This document shows positions 52,501-61,749 of a stretch of DNA of 64,000 nucleotides, piece by piece. Source of the DNA: Haliotis rufescens. Lineage: Eukaryota. Made by a program: the position numbers and the translations under genes. Below the pieces are notes generated by a model that had not been told where the DNA came from, searched no databases, and saw only the letters and a program-made list of their open reading frames with translations. Each line of letters starts with the position of its first letter. Positions within the stretch are counted from its first letter, which is position 1. The stretch spans positions 992,001 through 1,056,000 of the forward strand of contig NW_025963879.1 of assembly GCF_023055435.1 (NCBI RefSeq), in the 5' to 3' direction.

Positions 52501-55500
52501 TGCTCACCTAACGTGTTCCATACTTTGTGACAAATTTAGGAATGATTTGAATAAAGTAAGTTTGATAAGGACTCCCATTTTGTCTACATTTTTGCTACTT
52601 TCATACCTGCTTGATCTGTATATCCGAAGCCAGCTACTTTGCAGTTTCGTGGTGATCGGAACACATTGTACACATCTGAGGGTGGACACACACGATTGAT
52701 TCTGTCAGAAGGAGTTATAGGAGCAGAAAGTTGTGCAATGGCCACGTTGTTGACTGAAAGTGGAAACATTACAAATGACACATATTTCATTGCGAACACT
52801 GTGGAAAACACTGACAGGGTAATAATAAAAAGGTTCGAATGTCACGTTCTTAAATACATTACAAGACTTACTGAGAACAACCTCTGGATTAAGATTGAAA
52901 AGTGAATCGTATTGGTCGGCTGTTTTGAAGAGGACATCGGGCTGCAGATGCACCACAGTCAGGTTCCTGTGCTGTTCCTGTGTTTCCTCTGCCGCAGCAT
53001 CGTAGTTCCCCATCAACACACGGCAGCCTCCAGCCTTTTCACAACTGCAAACAGAATGCAGAAAAGAAATGAACGGTTTTCAACTTTTATTGATCTGCTT
53101 GATGTTGAAACCTATGTCCAGTTGGAATTACAAGATGAAGAAGCTATGTTGTCATTTTTCTTTGGTGCTGATACTCACTTCTCACAATGTATTGATATAG
53201 TTACATGGGAATCTGTTATACTGATATTTTCTGCTTATGTACTTGCATTAAAGCCTTACCTTGATTATGTCATCTGATCTAACCTTTTGTACTGTGTGAA
53301 TGGCATGACACTGGTGCTACTGTCTTGTATTGTATATATGTACAGGTAATATGAGTTTGTGTGAATACGTTTGATTAATTAATATGTATAATTTTAGGAT
53401 TAACTTCTGGAGGAAATAAAGAATCTATCTGGCTTTCCTCCAACATTAAGCCTACCGCCGTGATATAACCTAAGCAATGTTGAAGGCGGTGTTAAGTCAC
53501 TAACTCACTCACTTAATTCGTAGATGAGACATGCGAAATGCACGGACATGTGTCGAAATCACGAAAAACGCGTTTAACTTTATTATAGTATTTTTATCAT
53601 TTTACATATACACCTTTCGGTCAAATTGTAAGACCACACAAGCTGTTTTCACCTGGGTGAGGAAAGGTAATACCTGCGTAACGAAACACAAAATTCATAT
53701 TTTTCAACATAATTACACAATCAATTCAGCAGAAACTACTTCGACGTCTTATTATTTCATTTAACCAATAATTGCTACTGCTTCGTACTCCATTCCTCAG
53801 TCAACAGAGACAGAAATGTATAGTGCGTGGGTGTGTTTTTAGCAATAGTCCACCAATAACACGGCGAGGGACGCCAGAAATAGACTCCATCCATAAGGGA
53901 AATCGAACCCGGGCCTTCGGCGGGATAATTACATCACAAAGGTACCCGAATTGAATTGTTCTGTACATTGTTTCTTTGTGTGTGTTCTGATAGCACCGGG
54001 GGGCACGGGGGTCCCACTAGTCTAAGGCGCAGCGATTCGCTGTGCAGAGTTGCGTCCCTTTGGCACGCCCGAAGCCTATGATTGTGGGTTCGAATCCCGG
54101 TTCGCCCTGATTATGTTTCTAGGTTTGTCAGAACCATACCCGTGCTCGTGGGTTTCACCGAAGTGGTAAACGTCTGAGACCTGCATCACTTCGGGCTTTC
54201 CTCCCACATTAATCTGCCACGCCGTGATATAACTGGAATACTGTTAAAAGTGGCGTTTAACCCAACTCACTCACTCAGTCACTAATAGCACCAACCTTGT
54301 TGCGCAGTAGGCATCAAAGGCAATCCATGCCATGTCGATGAGGACACCCCCACAGACTAGGTCTCCAGTACCAGTGTCGATGACTTTGACGAGCCATGGG
54401 TTCTCAACGGGACTATCCGGATCTCCGTTGAGGACACGTGGAGTCACCAGTATACCACATGGGGGTGGAGCTGCCAGACATAGAGAGGACAATGTGAAGC
54501 AAATATCTTTCGAAGGTGTGTGATCAAGTCGTCTAAAAACACGCAATTCGCTGTACAGAGTTGCGTCCCTTGGGCACAGCAGAAACTTATGATTGTGAGT
54601 TCGAATCCCGGTTCGCCCTGATTATCTTTAAAGGTTTGTCAGCACCATACCCGTGATCGTTGGTTTCACCGAAGTGGTAAACGTCTGAGACCTGCATCAC
54701 TTCGCGCTGTCGTCCCACATTAAGCAGCAACGACGTCATATAACTGGAATACTGTTAAAAGGCGTTAAACCCAACTCACTCACTCACTCACTCTTCAGGG
54801 CCCCTGTAGTTGTTCAGCTTATTAATGATATACACATGACATGGCACGTGATCCTGTGTACAGCCTATAGACTACACATGCGGGCCTCGATGATTCATAT
54901 TCACGAACAGTTGCTCATATGTTCTCCTTACAATTAACATTTCTTTACACAGGCGCAGTGTCTGAAGTTACTGTTACTGAGAAACTCGCAGGGACTGAAA
55001 GGTATGTTCGAGACAACAAAGACATCCGACATCCGAGATTTGACTGTATTATATAGTGTATGGCAATATGTTCGTTTAACACGTTTGCTGCATTGACTGT
55101 CAGTCTGGAAGAAACTGGAATAAACTGTGACGATAGAAAAATGGGTGGTTATTGCCTTTTTTATTGCCAGTTTAAACGCATAAATCAACCAGATTGTGAT
55201 CAAGATCCTGTATAAGCACAATCACACCTAGTTTGTATGGTAAAATAAGGATATTCAGATTCTGATTCCTGTACGGATGAATAAGGATATACCAACTTGG
55301 AGTTCCAACACAACATAGGGCGTCATTCAGGCAGAGGGATGCCAAAGGCTGGGTACCCGGTGGGCACTCGCTCATATCATAGCATGTATGCTGCTGTATC
55401 TCGCATGCTGAAAAAAAAAATTGAACAATCTTTTTTTCGTATTAACGAATGTATTATCGATGAATAACTGTTTCCTTGTAGGCAAAAAATAACCATCTTT

Positions 55501-56263
55501 CATAAATTCACAGCAGTCTCTGAACCTCGAAACAAAACACACCATTGACATGAAGTCAACGGATGACAAAGTCTAATGTGACAAGAGCAGAAGACGTTCA
55601 ACTGTTGTCAGATTTAGACTGGCAAAAGAAAGCATGCATTTAAAAATCGGATTCGACGAAACAATACTAGGCTGAAAAGAATTATATGTTTGGTGAAAAC
55701 GAAATAATTAGTAAACACTTTTATACATCTACTGTCAAAGTATCACCAATCGTGTTCCTCTATTTCACAACATACTGTGTTTGGATGCTCGAGATCGCAA
55801 TCAAAACAACACACTTTTGATTTGTTACTTCCTTATAACATTTACCGATCGTCAAAATTAGTAAACAGTACAGAAGTATTTGTAATTCATTTGGGAACAT
55901 GCATGTTTAGGATTAAAAAGTTGGAGATTTGTAGTTTATGTATATATGAGTGATAATAACGAAGCAGCCTCCCTGTGTGGACATCGGTCAGATGTGGAAC
56001 ACAAGACTCCACGCTTGATGCACGAGCAGACTAAAAATGCAGTCACGAGATCCGTGTCTTGCACATCACCGTACCCGAATGGCGTGGAGTGTTCATGCTT
56101 TCAATCACTGGTTTTCCGGACCAAACTCCAATAATTTCAGGCCTTCTCGATACAGGTTGAATATTTTTGAAAGAGTAAGTAACTCTAACTTACGTGGTTT
56201 AAAGACAAATCCAACGGTGACCCCAGCAAGGCAACACGCTACGAGAGCGACAGTGATCTTCAT
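49505..56263 (-). CDS. Gene C: secreted beta-defensin-like domain + non-catalytic serine protease homologue, 332 aa, 7 coding exons
   Basis: Exons: 56194-56263 (MKITVALVACCLAGVTVGFVFKP); 55297-55407 (CEIQQHTCYDMSECPPGTQPLASLCLNDALCC); 54296-54470 (PPCG..TPR/VLNG..NPWLV..CGGVLIDMAWIAFDAYC); 52872-53044; 52607-52753 (NNVAIAQL..NRVCPP..CKVAGFG); 51271-51419; 49505-49678 (GDNGGALVC..WDWIQDTINGV*). 999 nt open, with the same intron phases (1,1,2,1,1,0) as gene A. Triad positions H57>Y, D102>N, S195>N. Confidence 0.9.
50560..51060 (-). mobile_element. Tc1/mariner transposase remnant in a gene C intron
   Basis: GDGSV.. and VFQDDNARGQRA..YLQQQTIARM resemble Tc1 GGGSVMVW and FQxDNAxxH motifs; heavily deleted. 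Confidence 0.6.
53998..54275 (+). mobile_element. SINE family 1 copy ~20 nt from a gene C splice donor
   Basis: Full-length; the flanks share TAGCACC (probable TSD). A second copy at 54525-54792 lies on the other side of the same exon. Confidence 0.85.
55297..55407 (-). CDS. Gene C exon 2: six-Cys module C-x6-C-x5-C-x10-C-x5-CC (beta-defensin-type spacing)
   Basis: Phase 1-1 exon with a poly-T acceptor and donor gttggt. Confidence 0.85.
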
Positions 56264-56297
56264 GGTGGACAAGGAAGCTGTGTGCCAACGCTCCGTC

Positions 56298-56327
56298 TGA
56301 ATGTCTCCTGGCGGGTCACAATTTATA
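56298..56327 (-). promoter_or_regulatory. Core promoter of gene C (TATA + Inr-like)
   Basis: TATAAA at 56322-56327 on the minus strand; TCAGAC Inr-like ~30 nt downstream; ATG at 56263. Confidence 0.6.
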
Positions 56328-57215
56328 TCCCTATGTTATGTATGCGCTTCAGTATCTAGCATCTCTTTCTTATCCATACCTTGTATGTTGGGTGAAGATA
56401 TGAGTGTAAACTACAAGTAGGCATTGTCCCTTACAAAGGACAGAGTTGCTTTCAAACCCCAATAAATATATTGAGGTCTTCCGCTGTTGTGTTGTTTTAA
56501 TCAAAAAAACCTCGCATCCGTCTCTATATTGACATTCTTCACACATGGGTGAACATTAATCAAAGATGCCTAAAAAGACAACGCATTGAAGTTTTGCACA
56601 TAGCTATATACAAATCTCCAGTACTTGTATGACAGGTTGCACGATTGTTTGAAAAAAAAACGATAATTATGGAAAAAAACAAGGAACGTGTGACCCACAA
56701 CGCTATGTATAACCTCGTACAAGCTGGGTAAACACATACATGTGTTAACTATATCCACTGGTAATTCAGGACCCCATAGCAAAATATATCCCGTTTCAGA
56801 ATTCTTCAGTTCATACAGGTGATATAGTCACATCCATTCGGTGAATGTACATTTAGTACGCAATTTTTGCAGATGCTGATAAATATTTTCAATAATTTAT
56901 TCATTGAAAATTTATATAATCCACATCAATTGCATCAGTACCAGTGAGTGGCTGTGTCTCCTGCATACGGTATGAGCTGATATCTTGCCATGAGTTTCAA
57001 TTGACAATGTTTATTCAAGGACTTCCTGAGTAGTATCATGATGAACTCACTCTATCAATATGACTCGAAAAACCAAGGAATCGCCTTGAATTTCATTTTT
57101 TGTCTTCAACACAGGCTTGCCGTAAACGGAAACTAACGGGATCGGGCGGCCGCGGTCAGGCTCGCTGACTTGGTTGATGCATATGCATGCCATCAATCCC
57201 AATTGCGTAGATCGA

Positions 57216-57483
57216 GACCCGTGAAGATTCGGGGCAGAATTGGTCTTCAGCAACCCATGCTTGCCGTAAAAGGCGACTATGCTTGTCGTACGAGGCGACT
57301 AACGGGATCGGTAGGTCAGGCTCGCTGACTTGGTTGATGCATGTCATCGATCCCAATTGCTTGGATCGATGCTCATTATATCAATCACTGGATTGTCTGG
57401 TCCAGACTCGATTATTTACAGACCGCCGTCATATAACTGGAATATTGCTGAGTGGGGCGTTAAACAACAAGCCAACTACAAAA
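57216..57483 (+). mobile_element. Family 3 retroposon nested inside an older family 3 copy
   Basis: 11-bp TSD GCGTAGATCGA at 57205-57215 and 57484-57494; the host copy continues on both sides. Confidence 0.88.
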
Positions 57484-59289
57484 GCGTAGATCGATGTACA
57501 TGATGTCAATCACTGGACTGTCTGGTCCAAACTCGAATATTTACATATAGCTAGGATATTGCTGAGTGCGGCGTAAAACAACAAACAAACTGTATCATCA
57601 AACCTTATGCACAAATTGGCGTTGCATGCTCGAATGTCTCGAGAGATCCCTCTCTATCATAGCAAGAAGTGTAGAGATTTGAATATTCACATGATTTAAA
57701 ATATATAGACGTATAGGTAGCTGATACCGACTTTTTAAATGTGTTTACATTTCCGTCATTTCAATATCGCCTGCGACTCCACGCAAACTTTTACAATCAT
57801 CACTCGTGTAGCAGTTAGTGAGTTGGGTTTAACGCCGTTTTTCCAGTCATATCACGGCATGTCAGCAAGATTTGGGAGGAAAGCCCGAAGTCATGCTGGT
57901 CTTCGACGTTTACCACTTTGGTGAAACCCAAGAGCACGGGAATGGTGCTGACAAACCTAGAAACATAGTCGGGCCGGACAGGGATTCGATCATAGCTTTC
58001 TGGCGTGGCCAAGGTACGCAACGTCCCACTGCGAACTGTGGCGCCTTGGACGACTGGGCTACCCGTGCCCCCCATTCGCGTAGTAAATATGAGCAACGCC
58101 TATTGTTTGAATCTGATTTTCAAGGGGAAACAAATTGATGTATCATTTAGTCTGGACATGTTATATTATGTGTTTCCCACAGCACCAATGTGCAGTAACC
58201 AAGCATTCTTTGGAAGTAGATGAATGGCTATTTGTTTCAGTACCGTAAACATATTGAATTTTCTTTTTAACTTAACCTAGCTCGTTAGAGACGCCATATT
58301 TGTTAACAAATGGCCGTAAACCGAGAGGATTCGTGTTAGAATTGATTCCCGTAATAGGCGACTATTAATGATGTTAATCACTAGATTGTCTGGTATGTAA
58401 CTGTATTATTTTTGCGATGTTAATGAGTGAGTGAGTGAGTGAGTATGGCTTTACGTCGCGTTAAGCAATATTCCAGCAATACCACGGCGGGGGACACCAG
58501 AAATGGGCTTCACACATTGTAACCATGTGGGGAATCGAACCCGGTTCTTCGGCGTAAGGAGCGAACGCTTTAAACACGAGCCTGGTACTTGTTGTTACCC
58601 TGTCTGGCGCTCGGCAAAAAGGGGCTAAAACAAGGACTGGTCGGCGCACGCGCGCGTACATGCACGTCGCTATATAAGTGCAATAATCTTTAACGCGACG
58701 TTAAACCCCATTTCACCTCACCTCACCTTCAACACTAGCCTACCCCACCGCCCCTTTGTGATGTGAAACAATAAGCGAAACCAATATGGTTGTAAATATT
58801 ACGTGATTTCGATTGGCTGAAATCGTACAACGCATCACAGGAAAAAATAGTATGCACTAAGTAATACAATCAACGTCCAGCACGTTGCATCAGACAATCC
58901 AGTGATTGACATCATGAGCATCGATCTACGCCTATGGGATACGATGACATACATATACCAAGTCAGCGAGCCTGACCACCCTATCCCGTCAGTTGTTTGT
59001 CGCCTCCAACGACAAGCATACTAGTCATCTCTTACAGCAGGCAAGGGTTGCTGAAGACCTATTCTCAACCCGGATCTTCACGGGGATAACGAGATTTGGA
59101 AGATGAAGGTGTTTTTAGTGATTTGGTTTGCTGCGTTCTATTACAAAGAATAAGATTGTACATATGTTCATGTAAATCAATCACCCAGAAACAACACAAA
59201 CAGAACATACATACCTGAACCAGGAAGAAATGCTGCCTTTTCAACACTGAAACTGACAGGGAATTTCGTAAATATGCACAGTCACTTAC

Positions 59290-60200
59290 CATTGAAGATC
59301 CCATCCATTGATGGGGGCACACAAGGACTCGCATTCCTACCTGTGAGCAAACAGAACATTTTTAATGTATGTTTACCATATACTATAAAGGAAAAATAGT
59401 TTACAACCCTGCAAGTCATGGTAGGTCAGTAAGGCGTTATTATTTGTGAATGTTCTCTCAAACTGAAAATGGAAGTTTCCTATACAGTGAAGGAAAATTA
59501 TTGTTAAAGTAATGTCAGGCCAAGAAAGTTCTCTCAAACAGAAATGGGAATTTTCCAAGAACCTCTTCGTTATGAAACGGGTCATACATGACAGTTTGAT
59601 CATTTAGCACATACCGATTAAAAATTTCAAAATACTGCAAGGTTCCAGTACGAATATTCACAACACATTTTCGCATTCAGAAACATCCTTTGGGCTATTA
59701 ACATATTTCGAATTGTCACGCGTCTGTAAACGTTCATGGTCATATAAGGTCATACATGTTACTGAGTACCATTCACAGACATGTATGTATTATGTATATG
59801 CTGCACTTCCTGTGAAGAGGCGATGTACCTTGTGGTTAAAGCGTTCGCTCGTCACGCCGAAGGCCCGGGTTCGAATCTCCCACATGAGTACAATGTGTGA
59901 AGCCAATTCCTGGCGTCCCCGCCGTGATATTGCTGGTATAGTGCTAAAAAGCGGAGTAAAACAATATTCTCACTCACTTCTCACTCTCATTCCATGTTAC
60001 AAACGTCGTACGGTGGGTGAGATGTCGAAGGTGCCGTATTTCCATTTGTAGAGTTTCGTCCCTCCGGCGTGCCAGGATCCGCTGGTCGTTGGCCCATCGC
60101 TGCTATCAGTGACGACGTAGGACTAAAACTGCAGTCAGTGGTTGGTTTAGAAACCAGTCCTTCTATTGTCCCGGTGCCTGAAGTTTCCTTTTTGTAGACC
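59290..60200 (-). other. Possible spliced exons of an unidentified upstream transcript
   Basis: A 51-nt segment 59290-59340 has strong cacag/gtaagt sites. A GC-richer, S/T/P-rich open segment starts at acceptor ttgcag (60200). No recognisable domain and the phases are ambiguous. Confidence 0.25.
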
Positions 60201-60780
60201 CTGCAATGATTGTAAAGTATGCAAATGTTCACAGAGGCCAAATTCACATTCATCATTTGTTGAAAACGACACTTACATACATCCTTAAGTCTTTGCTAAG
60301 ATGGCAATAGTTTCAGCATCGGATGATTTATATTCACATTACTGCTTAAACCTCTCCGTGGGGAATTTAGTGTAAAAACAAATTGGTTCAATGAAAATTG
60401 ATGAAAGAAATACATTTGCAACCAAATGATCCCAACCATGTTTGAAATGTTGTATATGTGTGCCGAAAGTTTCAAATCAAATAATATTTTGATAAATAAA
60501 TCCATGTAGAAGTATTTGTTGGGTGTTGACAAAGCACCAGTACAGTTTATTGTTTATGGATATATATATTTGTGCCTTTAATGATTTGCATCGATAGAAA
60601 CTACAAGCCTTATGGACTTGTATAATTCCCAAAATTTCACAATACAACTTTCATAATGTTGTTATAATGGAAACCTCAAATAGTTAAAGCTAACTGTTGT
60701 AAAAAGATAGCTGAGTTGGAAAGTTAGCTGTTCATCTGCATAAAAGCGACAAAAACCCTCTCCATACTCATAAGAAATCT

Positions 60781-61481
60781 CAATCTCATTAAAATCAGAT
60801 ATTAGTTCTCGCTACCGCTAAACAAAGATCTGAGGACATCCCTTGAGGGGTCACGTGAGAACGACCAGTCAGAGCGTCGCTTACCAGATCAAGAAAGTGA
60901 CTGTCGGAATCATTCGTCATCACTCGCCCCTTTCCGTAACCTGCAAGAAGACTCGTCCCCCTATCGATGAATGTTATGTGCGAACATTCGTGACCAACTC
61001 GTGTTATTCCGGGACAAGCGACTCGTGCCCCTCTCATAGCCATTTTTGCGACCGGGGTCCGTCTTAGCGCAAACGGGCATACCTAAAACTCGTTGCGTAA
61101 TGGTTCACATATATTTCCCCATAGATTATAATTATATATTTCAAATGCAATTTAAAGCACATCGGGACATGCGAAGTTACACAGTATGATTGAACACATT
61201 CCGATTGGTTTGTCGTATTTTGCACATAACATTCATCGATAGGGGGACGAGTCTTCTTGCAGGTTACGGAAAGGGGCGAGTGATGACAAATGTTGTGCGA
61301 AAATACGACAAACCAATCGGAATGCGCGTATGATTTCAAGTTCTTCGTCAAAGAATCCCTCAGACATAAATTTTGATTTTACATATGTCTTGCATCTAAA
61401 AATATACCCAAGACACAGATAAAGGTGTTCAATCATACTGTGTAACTTCGCGAGAACTTATATCTGATTTTAATGAGATTG
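60781..61481. mobile_element. Foldback/MITE-like element with nested inverted repeats
   Basis: 32-bp outer IR (60781-60812 / 61450-61481, 1 mismatch) enclosing perfect IR pairs of 66, 27 and 25 bp. Confidence 0.6.
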
Positions 61482-61749
61482 AAGAAATCTCTGCCAAAAG
61501 AATGTCATCAATCAAAATGTTAGCTGAGTTAGTTAAACTGAACTTAACTTTCTTGGCCGCTATTAGGGGAATATTTAACAGTATAAAACATCAAGCCTGG
61601 AAATACTGATACAATATTATAAAATTTAGTTCAGCGACTTCAGGTGGATTAAGATCATAGAGATAATCTGATTAGTAACAATTATTGTAATGGTATTTTC
61701 CTTCTTTCTCCTACAACCTAGATTTATTTTCCTTATATGCACTTGTGAG

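Noticed and set aside
2996-56263. Annotation as active trypsins/chymotrypsins, or as pseudogenes
   Set aside because: His57, Asp102 and Ser195 are all substituted, so they are not active. Frames and splice sites are intact in all visible exons, so they are not pseudogenes.
59290-59340. Ependymin-like N-terminal motif (SPCVPPSMDG) in one frame
   Set aside because: Too short, the frame is uncertain, and no further ependymin-like exons were found.
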